In this document: piece after piece, positions 52,741-64,000 of the stretch
Numbering within the stretch: the first letter of the stretch is position 1
How the letters are laid out: every line of letters starts with the position of its first letter
Source: Octopus sinensis
Lineage: Eukaryota
Direction: 5' to 3'
Assembly: GCF_006345805.1 (NCBI RefSeq)
Contig: NC_042999.1
Location: 146,258,001-146,322,000 of the forward strand
Length of the DNA: 64,000 nucleotides
Made by a program: the position numbers and the translations under genes
Notes under the pieces: model-generated
Seen by the model: the letters and a program-made list of their open reading frames with translations, nothing else
Databases searched by the model: none
Told to the model about the DNA's origin: nothing

Positions 52741-53318
52741 AATCACTTCAACTATGAACTAACTAGATTCATGTCAAGTGATAGCCATATATCTTCTACA
52801 AAGAACGACGAAAAGGACACAAGTTTGGTACGCGCGAACTTTCGTTTATGAAGAAACATCATGGTGGAATTAAACTCGTTATTTAAGTGATCAGACTGAT
52901 AGAGATCTCATCCCACAATATACGACATTATGAGCACTGTGCTTTCAACTAAGCGGAACTGAATATCTGATACTACTTGGTTTGTTTTCGTTAATGGAAG
53001 TATAATATAAAAAAAAAAGCTTCAATGTTTTTTTCCGAGTCATTTCAAGGTGACATTTATTCAAAAAAGGTGTTATCTACATCCAATAAACTGGTGGTGA
53101 GGTACTACTAGAGCAGCATCGTCAGCAAAGAGAAATCCACAAAGAAGCGAATTCTCCCATTTTGTTCAAGTATCGAATTACTGGAGAAATTAAATAGCCA
53201 ACAGTAAAAACTGCTAAATAAATTCGGAGCTGCAAATTTTGGGGAAAAATGGAGAAGAGAGGCAGAATATGATATAAACATCTCTGGTCGCAATTACTGG
53301 TCACGTTCTAGGTCATTC

Positions 53319-53733
53319 GGTACTTTGTAGTTATCTCACCCCCATTAAAAAATTGGGTTATCTCCCCCAACTAAAAAAATTGCTTAACCCTCAATAAAAC
53401 AAAAAAATTTAAAAAATGAAAAGATTAATAAGCATGAAAAGCGAAAAGATTAAAGGTCTTATTGAATCTGATAATATTTTTATAACAAATTATACAAAAC
53501 GAAAAAAATTAATAAACATGAAAACTGAAAAAATTAAACATCTTTTTATAACAAATCATACCATTCCTATTAAGAAGGCCAAAAGTCAACAATGTGTTGA
53601 AGTATTGAATCAAAAGGATCTAACCCTTTTAATTCAATCTCTTGTCACGACATAAACTCAATATTTTAGTGGGAAGATAACTCAATTTTTTAATGGAAAT
53701 TTTTTAATGGGAGTGAGATAACCAAAAAGTACC
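53319..53733. mobile_element. Merlin-like MITE
   Basis: GGTACTTT..GTTATCTCAC / GTGAGATAAC..AAAGTACC termini with inverted repeats of about 60-70 bp; 8-bp TSD GGTCATTC/GGCCATTC (7 of 8 match). GG termini with 8-9 bp TSDs characterise Merlin. Confidence 0.65.
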
Positions 53734-53964
53734 GGCCATTCTTTACAGGAAACATGTTTCCACAGAAGAAAACTATTTCATATTATATTTAGGTAGGATG
53801 AACCAAATGACCTTAATGGTTTACAAAATTGTGGCGTTAGTAAAGTCAGAAAAGTATTCTGTCTCGGTGTTTAGTCATAACAGTTTAATTCATTCTACCA
53901 TCCAGCTTCAGTCAATTCAGTCAGTGTTGATATACTGGCGGACGAGTATTCTCATCCATCTTTC

Positions 53965-53996
<32 letters not shown>

Positions 53997-54075
53997 TCTC
54001 TATATATATATAATATATATAATAATATGTGTGTGGTGTGTGTGTGTGTGTATAAATGAATGTATTATATATTAT

Positions 54076-54923
54076 CCCCTCTCTCTCTCCCTCTCCCTCT
54101 TTCCTCCTTCATCCCTCCTCACCTCCTTCTCCCCCCTCTCCCCCTCGTCTCCTCTTCCCCCTTCTCCTCTCCTCCCCCTCTTCTTCTTCTCCCCTCCCCT
54201 TCTCCCCCCTCTTTCCCCCTCCCCCTCTTCTCCTCACTACAACACCACTGACTTTACACATCACATCACATATGATGTGCCATACTAATACACACCAACT
54301 AATACATACTAATACGTACTAATACATACTAGTACATACTAATACTTACACCAACCCTATACATACACACGTCCAGACCCCGCATACGCACTTATACTCT
54401 CTCTCACACACACACACACACCTATACATACCAATACGTACTAATACATACTAATACATACTAATACATACACCAACCCCATACATACGCACGTCCAGAC
54501 CAATCTTACGCACTAATACTCTCTCATACACACACACACACACCCTTATACATACTAATACATACACCAACCCTATACATACACACATCCAGACCCCTCC
54601 CACGCACTTTTAGCTGGTCCCTCAACCCGTTTATCAACCCTATTATCTCCCCTTATTTCGCTCTCGCATCTCATGTTTGATCTTTGACCTCTGGCCGAAA
54701 TCAGATCGCCATGTTGATTCGTTAGCTACTGCACGCATTTTTTTTTTCTCTCTTCTTTCTGTGTTTTTCTCTCTCTGTGTATCTTTCTGTTGAAGAGCGT
54801 AGGCTCGAAACGTTAAAGACTTGTTTTATTTATATTTCCTGAGCGCCATACTAATACAATTGTTCGTTTGTTTTCCACCTGCCTTCGTCTTTTGTTTATT
54901 TTCATAAAGCTTCCCGTTATATA
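54076..54923 (+). repeat. 5' pseudo-LTR of the PLE
   Basis: CT-rich tract, ACTAATACAT-type subrepeats and unique segment ending aaagcttcccgttatat; duplicated at about 58615-59462. Confidence 0.9.
54782..54819 (+). ncRNA. Minimal type I hammerhead-like motif in the 5' pseudo-LTR (A6U core variant)
   Basis: TCTTT-CTGTTGA-A-GAGC-gtag-GCTC-GAAA-CG-TT-AAAGA; stem I 5 bp, stem II 4 bp, palindromic ACGT. Confidence 0.6.
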
Positions 54924-55544
54924 TTATGCGCTCACGTGGTCTCACTTTCATCCTATATTCTACCAATACCACTATCAACACTTACCTCTACCTTGGATTT
55001 TCTTTACCTCTTGGATACTTACCATTGGCTGCACCTCTCTTTTCGCGGATCAAAGTGACTTTGCATTGATGTGAAATCCTTAAAAAATATACCACGACGT
55101 CTACACATTTCTCACCTTGAACTTTCAACCTTGAACTTGTTCGCATAAACTGTCCCGTTTGTTGTATTTTTATTTTCTCTTATATTACCACTTTTTTTAC
55201 ATTCATTTCATGCTTCCCACATTTTCCTGAATTTTTGTTCTCCTTTCCGTCTTTCTTCCCTCTCTGGATGTCCATACTCCGTTTCCTCTGCCTGCACCCC
55301 CCTTTTTTTTGCCTCCCCCTCTCTCTGCTTCCCTTCTTTCTTTCCCTTTTCCGTTTGCCCCGTCTTTTCTGCCCCTATCGCTTACTTATCTAGTTTTTTT
55401 CATACGATTATTATTTTTTTGTTTTTTTGAACGTTTGTTTTTTCCCCTTTTTTCGCTATCCTTTTTTTCTATTTTTTTCATACGATAATTTTTGTTTTTT
55501 GTTTTTTTGTTTTTTTCGAACGTTTTTTTTTCCGCTATCCCATC

Positions 55545-58450
55545 ATGCCGGATCCTAGGTCCTACCTCCTCACCCTCCATCACCGTTTGAAGGATCATCT
55601 ACGTTCTCTTCCTGTATATTGCCTTCAGCCGTCCGTTAATCTCTCTCTACTTCTTTTTAAAAAACCCGCTTCTCTAGCCATGTCTCTTTCCTAAGCCGCT
55701 GCCTACATCACCGACTCATCCCTAAAGGTTTCCGCCTCCACTTCCACCCTGCTCTCCACTCGGATTCTTCCATCTTACCCATACTCCGCACCACATCTTA
55801 CCGCCTTATGCGGGCCACCATTCGCTCCAATCTCTCCAAACTACATGCCATCAACCGCCTTCTTCCTCCTGCTTTCTCCACCTTCTTCTCCTCTCTGCCG
55901 CCTCTCTATGCTCCAAACACGCTACGCTTCATTATCCATTTGAATCAACTCTTCCATCAATTTCTTTCTGATACCAAACTTCGTAAACTCCAATCACTCT
56001 TCCATTCCACCCTACCCGACGCCACTACCCCAACTCCTCCACCACCCTTCTCCCCTCCCGATAGGCTCCATCCACCACACCTACCCTAACCCACTGCCCC
56101 TCCCTACAACCCCTTCTCCCCCTCCCGTTAGGCTCCATCCACCTACACCTAACCCTACTGCCCCGCCCAACCACCCCCAACCCACCACCCCCTCCCCAAT
56201 CCCTCCCCCTCAGACCTCCACGAGACCTACCACCCCTCCTACTTCTATTCCATTCCACCCACCCTTCTCCACTTCCGTCTGTTGTTACCATTCCCCCCGA
56301 TCTTCCCCTCTCTGCGGCTGAACGCTCCGTCCTTGGTAGGGGTCTGCGTTTCATCCCCCTCACTCCATCCTGTAAGGAATTCCAGACGCGAGTTGATGTC
56401 CACAGCTTTGTGCGCCGTGTCCGGTTGGGTGCGCATTACCACGACTCGCCACCCACACCCCACGAAGAGGACGACTGCTTCACTGGCCTGGGCCGCCGAC
56501 CATCCCCGTGGACGCCTGCCCCTGCCAGATCCTAGCAGTGGATCTTTTCGCGGGCGCTTGTCAGCGTGCATTGGAGCGGTTCAACTTCTCCAGGCGCCAA
56601 CGCCGCCTCAACATCTCCCCGGCTGAGCTCTTGGCTCTTCGTTCCCTCCAACGGCGCGCTGACATTATCATCAAACCGGCTGACAAGGGTGGAGCTGTAG
56701 TGGTGTGGCGCGCGGACCTCTATAGGGCCGAGGCTTTCCGCCAACTCAATGACACCTCCTTCTATTCCCCTCTGCCCTCTAACCCCACACGTAGCTACCA
56801 ACAGACGGTATCCTCTACTGTCCAAGACCTCATCTCGTCCTCCCGTCTCCCCCGCACCGCATCCAACCTAATTGTGCGAACCCCACGTACCCCCACCATT
56901 TACTTCCTCCCCAAAATCCACAAACCCAACAACCCTGGCCGCCCCATCGTCTCTGCCTGTAACTGCCCCACGGAGCTCATCTCTAAATACCTCGACCGTG
57001 TCCTTGCCCCCCTAGTGGCATCTCTTCCCTCCCACATCCACGATACCAACCATGCTCTCCGGCTTTTCAACTCTTTCTCCTTTCCTCCCGGCTCCTCCAA
57101 ATCCTTTTTACTATGGACATCCAAAGCCTCTATACTGTTATCCCTCACCACGAAGGACTGCAGGCCCTTCGACACTTTCTTGACCTCCGCTCTAACCCTG
57201 TACCTGACACCTCCACACTCATTCGTCTGGCCGAACTTGTCCTTACTCTGAACTGCTTCTCGTTCGCGGGCGAGTTCTACCATCAGGTCTCGGGAGTGGC
57301 CATGGGAACGCGAATGGGCCCCAACTATGCGAACCTGTTCGTTGGCTATGTTGAGGCCCAAATATTCTCTAATTTCACTGGTCCCACTCCTGAACTATAT
57401 GGTCGTTATATTGACGACATTATCGGTGCCACCTCACTCTCCCGCGAACATCTAGATTCCTTCCTCTCTCTCTTTCGTCCAATCTTTCCATCCAGCCCTC
57501 CACTTCACTTCCACTATCTCCAACACCTCTGTCTCCTTCCTCGACATTTCGGTTAGCATTCTTCACTCCACTCTTACCACCTCCATTCACTACAAACACA
57601 CAGACTCACACTCATACCTCAACTTCTCTTCCTCCCACCCAGAACACACCAAGCTTTCCATCCCCTATTCCCAATTCCTCCGTCTACGTAGGCTCTGTAG
57701 TGACGACCATGACTTTGAGACTCAGTCTCAACGTATGGCTCACCACTTCACCCTACGTGGATACCCCCTCACCACTATCCACACCGCCCTTGCCAGAGCA
57801 CGGTCCGTGGACCGTGTATCTGCTCTCTCTCCCCGAACCCGCCCTGTAGTCTCCCGCCGCCCCCTTTTCCCCTCACTTACCACCCCACGACCCTACGTCT
57901 CCAACGCACCATTCTTCGAGCTTTCCGTCATCTCCAGTCCGACCCGTCCACTTCACACCTCTTCCCTAACCGACCCCTCCCCTCTTTCAAACGAGCCCAC
58001 AACCTTCGAGACCTTTTGGTCCATAGCTCCTTCCCTGACCCTACCTCCCAACCCGGCTCGTTCCCCTGCTCCCGCCCACGTTGCCGCACTTGCCCTTACC
58101 TCTCCAACACCACCCCCTCACTAGCACCCACCATCGACCCTATCCCATCATCCACTCCTTCACCTGCACCTCCAGCAATATTATCTATTGCATCTCTTGC
58201 TCTCTCTGCAATTCCTTGTACATCGGACAAACGGGACGCCGCTTGGCTGACCGGTTCGCGGAACACCTTCGTGACATCCACCTTGCGAACGACACACCGG
58301 TCTCACGCCATTTCCGCTCCACCGGTCACTCCTTGCAAACCTATCTGTGTTCGGTTTGTCCTTACACAGAGGCCATCCGGATTCCCGTTTGCGCCGTGAA
58401 CAGGAATTAATCTTCTCTCTTCGCTCTTATACGCCATTTGGTCTCAACTC
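55545..58450 (+). pseudogene. PLE polyprotein: N-terminal domain, RT, Cys linker, GIY-YIG endonuclease (frameshifted as assembled)
   Basis: HVSFLSRCLHHRLIPKGF; IKPADKGGAVVVW; KIHKPNNPGRPIVS; MDIQSLYT; GVAMGTRMGPNYANLF; YGRYIDDI; FLD; YKHTDSHSYL; CSRPRCRTC; NIIYCISC..LYIGQTGRRLADRFAEH; REQELIFSL..GLN. Confidence 0.9.
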
Positions 58451-58614
58451 TCCCCCCTCCTCATCTAACCCCCCTCTCCCCCCTCCTCACCCTATCCTTT
58501 CTCCCCCGACCCCTACTTCTTCAGTCCTTCATCCTTTCACCCCTACTCCCCTTCCCTTCTTCCCTCTTTCTTTCTCCCTCCCTCTTCCCCTTCCCTCTGC
58601 TCCTTCACTCCCTC

Positions 58615-59461
58615 TCCCTCTCCCCCTTCTCTCTCTCCCTCTCCCTCTTTCCTCCTTCATCCCCTCCTCACCTTCCTTCTCCCCCATCGTCTCCTTCCCC
58701 CCTTCTCCTCCCCCTCTTCTTCCCCTCCCCTTCTCTCCCCCCTCTTCCCCCCTCCCCCTCTTCTCCTCACTACACCACATGACTTTACACATCACATCAC
58801 ATATGATGTGCCATACTACACACACACCAACTAATACATACTAATACGTACTAATACATACTAGTACATACTAATACTTACACCAACCCTATACATACAC
58901 ACGTCCAGACCCCGCATACGCACTTATACTCTCTCACACACACACACACACCTATACATACCAATACGTACTAATACATACTAATACATACTAATACATA
59001 CACCAACCCCATACATACGCACGTCCAGACCAATCTTACGCACTAATACTCTCTCTCATACACACACACACCACACACACACCCCTATACATACTAATAC
59101 ATACACCAACCCTATACATACACACATCCAGACCCCTCCCACGCACTTTTAGCTGGTCCCTCAACCCGTTTATCAACCCTATTATCTCCCCTTATTTCGC
59201 TCTCGCGTCTCATGTTTGATCTTTGACCTCTGGCCGAAATCAGATCGCCATGTTGATTCGTTAGCTACTGCACGCATTTTTTTTTCTCTCCTTCTTTCTG
59301 TGTTTTTCTCTCTCTGTGTATCTTTCTGTTGAAGAGCGTAGGCTCGAAACGTTAAAGACTTGTTTTATTTATATTTCCTGAGCGCCATACTAATACAATT
59401 GTTCGTTTGTTTTCCACCTGCCTTCGTCTTTTGTTTATTTTCATAAAGCTTCCCGTTATAT

Positions 59462-59462
<1 letters not shown>
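58615..59462 (+). repeat. 3' pseudo-LTR of the PLE
   Basis: Near-identical to 54076-54923; ends in (TA)n. Confidence 0.9.
59321..59358 (+). ncRNA. Minimal type I hammerhead-like motif in the 3' pseudo-LTR (A6U core variant)
   Basis: Identical to 54782-54819. Confidence 0.6.
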
Positions 59463-59517
<55 letters not shown>

Positions 59518-59860
59518 GTGTTGTGTGTGTAGTGTGTGTGTATTAGGATGTATGTGTATGTTGTACCTATACACCACATACAACACATATACGTCGGACA
59601 GAAATTTAAAGCCAATATATTGTACATAAGACTGTAATAAACAAGCTTTGTGGATGTAAAATTCCTCATCCTTATTTTAACGTCTTAAATATACACTCTG
59701 CATGCAGCATAAAATCCTGAGTGAATTCAGGATTTACCCACCGTGTGATAGTTTACTTTAAGCAATTTCCCGTTGTTCTATATCATTCGATGTGATTAGC
59801 CAGAACCTGGATTATACTAAATTACTTGTAAGAGACCTGCCCGAGTTAATATCCTTATCC

Positions 59861-59919
<59 letters not shown>

Positions 59920-59994
59920 ATTTGTATATACGTATGTATGTATATACATATACATAAAATATAATGCACATATCAAATGTTATGTCATATTTCT

Positions 59995-60553
59995 GTGGAA
60001 GGCATCATACATCGGATTAGCAGCTGCCCCCAATTGTCACCAAAGCGCTACCTTCCTATGCAACACGACGTTGTCACAAACAATATACAATGCTATTAGG
60101 AAAAAAGTCGGTCCTGTAATAAATACAGAGAATCGCCCTATTTTTGAATAGGTACACAAGCATCAACACAAGGAATGCTGGTGGAATATTCCCATCTGTG
60201 AAGTGTAAGCATAACAGGTCAGATATTGTTACTTGAGTCAGACAAGAAAACATTGTACCAACATAGAGGCCAGCTATCCTGCTGATATGAGTATCTCTTG
60301 GAAAATCAAAGAGGAAGAGGATAACTACGGACAACTTCTTCGAAACCTCCAACCTCCATATCCAGATCATAAACTCACATTTCTACTAGTAATAACTGGT
60401 GCACTAGGTTTTGTGAATAAATGCATAACTGACAGTTTGGATAAGCATGGAGTTTCAGAAAAATAAATCAATCAACTAACTCGCACAATACAAATACAAT
60501 CTTTAAGTGGAACGGTAAAAACAGGCAAGATATTTTTCAAGTTTAGAATGTAA
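59995..60553 (+). mobile_element. R4-like non-LTR remnant (Zn-knuckle + restriction-like endonuclease), subfamily distinct from 8.2-8.8 kb
   Basis: ISSCPQLSPKRYLPMQHDVV, KHNRSDIV, IEASYPAD..KIKEEEDNYGQLLRNLQ..VITGALG, SGTVKTGKIFFKFRM*. Confidence 0.7.
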
Positions 60554-60867
60554 CATTGTTTCCCTAATCAACAATCGAACAATGTAGCTTTGTATCTTTG
60601 TTAGAAACCAGCTTCCTCTTCAGAGGAAGAATTTAAATAATTGAAAAAGAGAAGAAAACATACAGTCATTAATGCTTTGAAACAATAGTTTGTTTACAAA
60701 CAACAGCCAGATTGTATATGATATACATAGTATATAGAACACAGATAGCATTATAGCATACAAGTGAAAGAAAAGAAAAAGGAAAGAAATAAACGGTAAA
60801 ACAAGAATGCAAATATATCATGGCAGTATTTTAATATTTACCTCATGTGTGACAATCTAGGTGGGGA

Positions 60868-60889
60868 AATAATAACAATAATAATAATA

Positions 60890-60934
<45 letters not shown>

Positions 60935-60975
60935 TAGTAAATAATAATAATAATAAAATAATAATAATAATGATA

Positions 60976-61051
<76 letters not shown>

Positions 61052-61087
61052 TAATAATATTAATAATAATAATAGTAATAATGATTA

Positions 61088-61132
<45 letters not shown>

Positions 61133-61135
61133 TTA
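60868..61135. repeat. (AAT)n microsatellite
   Basis: Directly visible. Confidence 0.97.
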
Positions 61136-61164
61136 AGAATGATCATAAAAATAAAATAATATGC

Positions 61165-61370
61165 ACAAGGTCAGAAATTTGGGGTAAGGGTAAGTCGAGT
61201 ACATCAATCCCAGTGCTCGACTGCTACTTATTTTATCGACCCTGAAAGGATAACAGGCAAAGTCGACCTCGGCGGCATTTGAAATCAGAACGCAAAAGCA
61301 GAAGAGATATCGCTAAGTATTCTATCCAGTGCAGTAACGATTCTGACGGCTCACAGCCTTATTAGCCGCC
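61165..61370 (-). mobile_element. SINE family B
   Basis: tacttattttatcgaccctgaaaggataacaggcaaagtcgacctcggcggcatttgaaatcagaacg; CpGs retained. Confidence 0.75.
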
Positions 61371-61732
61371 GCCCACGATAGTGATGATGCTGATAATGAT
61401 AATGATGATGGTAATGATAATGATGATGATGATAATAATGTACAACAGTATGCAAAGTAAATGTTATTTGTAAGCAGAAAATGATATATTTTTTTTATGG
61501 AATTTACTCGCAGGTACTTTATTGAGCCCTGACCCCACTTCTCCAGGATGAGCCATTTGTGGATGAATATGAACTCATATATTAAAGCGACATAACTAAA
61601 TATCATGTGTGAAACTGCACACTTGCTATTTGAATTATCTGTCGTCAAACAAAGATAAAAAGTAAAGTGTTTCATGAGAAAAGCTGAACTAGGTGCGTGT
61701 TCAGCTTACACGATTTAAGAAAGAAAATATAT

Positions 61733-61951
61733 GCTAGGGGGCGCTAAAAAATTCCTGGCTTTGGGTAACAAAAAATACAGGAGGATCAGTTAATTATGAT
61801 TTTATTCAACATATTTCCCTTTCAGTTTCACACACCTATTGCAGAGGTCCTTCGGGTTTTCCTCAGCTCTGTAAAAGAACTTGGAAGGTTGTGCCTCCAA
61901 CCAGACTTTCGCGACACCCTTAAAACCAGGAGTTTATCAGCACCCCACTCG
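61733..61951. mobile_element. Mariner-like MITE
   Basis: Left AGGGGGCGCTAAAAAATTCCTGGCTTT versus right reverse complement CGAGTGGGGTGCTGATAAACTCCTGGTTTT; TA follows at 61952. Confidence 0.6.
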
Positions 61952-62074
61952 TAATTCACAACTCACTGTTTTATCTTTTCCCACCTCACCTAAAAAGTGT
62001 TTTTGTTATATCTGTTTCTTTATTATATTTTACCTTTACGATAGCCTTGTTTGACTATTATCAAAGGCATTGTC

Positions 62075-62309
62075 ATCGTCATCATCATTAATGTCTCGAG
62101 CCCTAGGACTAATATGGCCGATTACCCGGTTTCCAGGACGAGATCAGAAACAACATTACCCCTAGAACGTGACGCCAGTTTGTTGCAAGGTTACTCATGT
62201 GCAGTTGAGTGGACTGGAGCAACAGGAAATATAGTACCCGTTAGGGAATTGAAACCACAATCTTGCGATCGTGGTTGCACAGCTTAACCACTAGACCACG
62301 CCTCTTCAC
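62075..62309 (-). mobile_element. tRNA-derived SINE family E (V-domain-like body)
   Basis: Minus strand: ggcgtggtctagtggttaag...ggtttcaattcc...gttgctccagtccactcaactg...aaactggcgtcacgttctagggg...gaaaccgg, (GAT)n tail; the domain name is from memory. Confidence 0.6.
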
Positions 62310-62422
62310 ATTCCAGCCACGGTCATCTTTTATATTTGTATATCAGTTGCGACAAAGTGTGCTTGAGTGTGAATCGAGGGTATGTGACTGCTATTTCTAG
62401 TAGATTGATCTACCCTGTGGAG

Positions 62423-62666
62423 CAGAAGTCCTCAATCAGGGTCCATATGACCTTTGGGGATCCATTTAAGCTTTTGCTGTTAAAGTTTATGAGCAGTAAA
62501 TTTATTATACATCTACAATACACAAATATTTAAATTTTGTTTTATACAATTCCTAATAATATTTAATTAAAGAAATATAATAGGATTTTTTTAAACATGG
62601 AGAGGTCCAGTAGAATATAATTGGAGTCAAAGGGATCTATAAGTAAAAAATGTTTGAGAGCCACTG
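62423..62666. mobile_element. Older hAT MITE
   Basis: CAGAAGTCCTCAATC / reverse complement CAGTGGCTCTCAAAC; 8-bp flanks CTGTGGAG/GTGTAGAG (6 of 8 match). Confidence 0.6.
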
Positions 62667-63639
62667 GTGTAGAGAATCTTATTCTGTTCTGTTTTATTCT
62701 ATGTGTAAATAATATAAAATAACTGAATCCATGTCATGATTCCGGTTCAATGTGTTTAACATTTACATCAATTTTATTTCTTATGCTCCTTCTTTATAAC
62801 TACACATATTATAAAAAAGAAACTGATCTCCTCTGTCTGCACGTCACAGTATATATGTAGAAGGAGGAAAGAAGGGGAAGAGAAAATGTTGTTGTGAGAT
62901 AAAGAGAGAGAGAGGGAGAGAGAGAGAGAGAGAGAGTGTGAAAGAAAGATAGATAGATAGTGTTGTCACCATAGTAACTAACAAGTTCTGATTAAAAACG
63001 CAGAAATTTTAACTGTCTATCTGAACTAGTGTTTATACATGGACAGTTTTATGTTGCTAACCGCAGAATGGACGACCTAGAAAACCAGTGCGTATATGTA
63101 AACGAAACAGAATTCACCAGTGCAGCCAATAAGAAACAACATCACGGAGAAAGAACTTTGACAAGAACTGTTTTTTGTCATGAAGTTGTCTTATGAGAGA
63201 TTACTCAGTGAATATACTTATTCTAGCAGATAAGAAAAAATATTTGAAGTACATGTTACCGTTCAACAGTATTCAAACTGTTATTAATCTTCACCGAGAA
63301 CATCAATCTACGAACAATTTATAAAGGTACGCGCATAATTAAAAAATATTTTTGCTGGCAAAATAGCGACGGATAATGATATAGTTTCTTATTACCTACG
63401 CACTTTTGTGATGAAAGAAAACTTATATCACAATCTAAAGTTTAGCTTGTTCGGAAATTATAAGGATTCTATGTTTTAAAATCACCTCCTCCTCCTCCCC
63501 TCCCCACAAACACACACACACGCGCATGCACGTACACGCACACACACAATTGGACAAAACAAGTAAGAAATGACTGCTTCTCTCTTCCATTAAGATATTT
63601 ACATATATTGCATCATATAACATCTACTTTCCGCGTCTA

Positions 63640-63678
63640 TCATTACCACCACCACACTCATCATCATCAGCATCACTG

Positions 63679-63714
<36 letters not shown>

Positions 63715-63782
63715 CCATCATCATCATCAATCATCATCATCATCATCATCATCATCAGTTCGTCGTCGTCACCATCATCATC
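63640..63782. repeat. (CAT)n microsatellite
   Basis: Directly visible; source of the poly-His and poly-Asp ORFs. Confidence 0.95.
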
Positions 63783-64000
63783 TACAATAGGATCCAGTCC
63801 TTCAATGTTAATATCGCCATAACTACACCTATTACTGAAATTCAAATTTTTCTTCTGACAGAAATTATAAACAGCAGGAAAAATAATTATTTTTATTTAG
63901 CTTCAGAAAATTGGTTGTGCAAGTTGATTTATGACATCAATTATTTGTCAATTTGGATGAGAAATAACTCTTTTACACCTCTTCATGGTTTTGTATGGCA

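Larger units (their letters stand above)
54076..59462 (+). mobile_element. Near full-length Penelope-like element (Neptune-like) with direct pseudo-LTRs
   Basis: Near-identical direct repeats of about 845 bp at a 4539-bp offset flank a single RT-GIY-YIG reading frame; inserted in a TA/TG microsatellite. Confidence 0.9.

Noticed and set aside
56025-58281. Minus-strand ORFs overlapping the PLE
   Set aside because: Antisense shadows of the C-rich PLE coding strand; no independent motifs.
63608-63845. Poly-His and poly-Asp ORFs
   Set aside because: Products of the (CAT)n microsatellite.

Overview
AT-rich, microsatellite-dense animal genomic DNA; the repeat families suggest a cephalopod such as Octopus (inference). 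There is a 100-N assembly gap at 40441-40540. One gene can be fully reconstructed: a 4-exon, 213-aa ER-lumenal FKBP7/14-type prolyl isomerase (CDS exons 65-279, 8982-9127, 11932-12062, 15262-15411, + strand) with a signal peptide, one FKBP domain, two EF-hands and a C-terminal HVEL. The rest is mostly transposons. These include a composite Helitron nested in a SINE, several tRNA-derived SINE families, and RTE, R4/Dong-like, HERO-like and CR1/L2-like LINE remnants. DNA transposons include Tc1, maT (DD37D), hAT and Merlin-like elements. A young, near full-length Penelope-like element (RT + GIY-YIG) with direct pseudo-LTRs lies at 54076-59462. The most notable signal is a set of minimal type I hammerhead-ribozyme-like motifs with family-specific core variants, found in PLE pseudo-LTRs, in non-autonomous relatives and behind tRNA-like heads; two lie in sense orientation in FKBP intron 1. 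CpG decay in repeats also differs sharply on either side of about 40 kb. All calls are by eye, with no database searches; repeat boundaries are approximate unless target-site duplications or termini are quoted.
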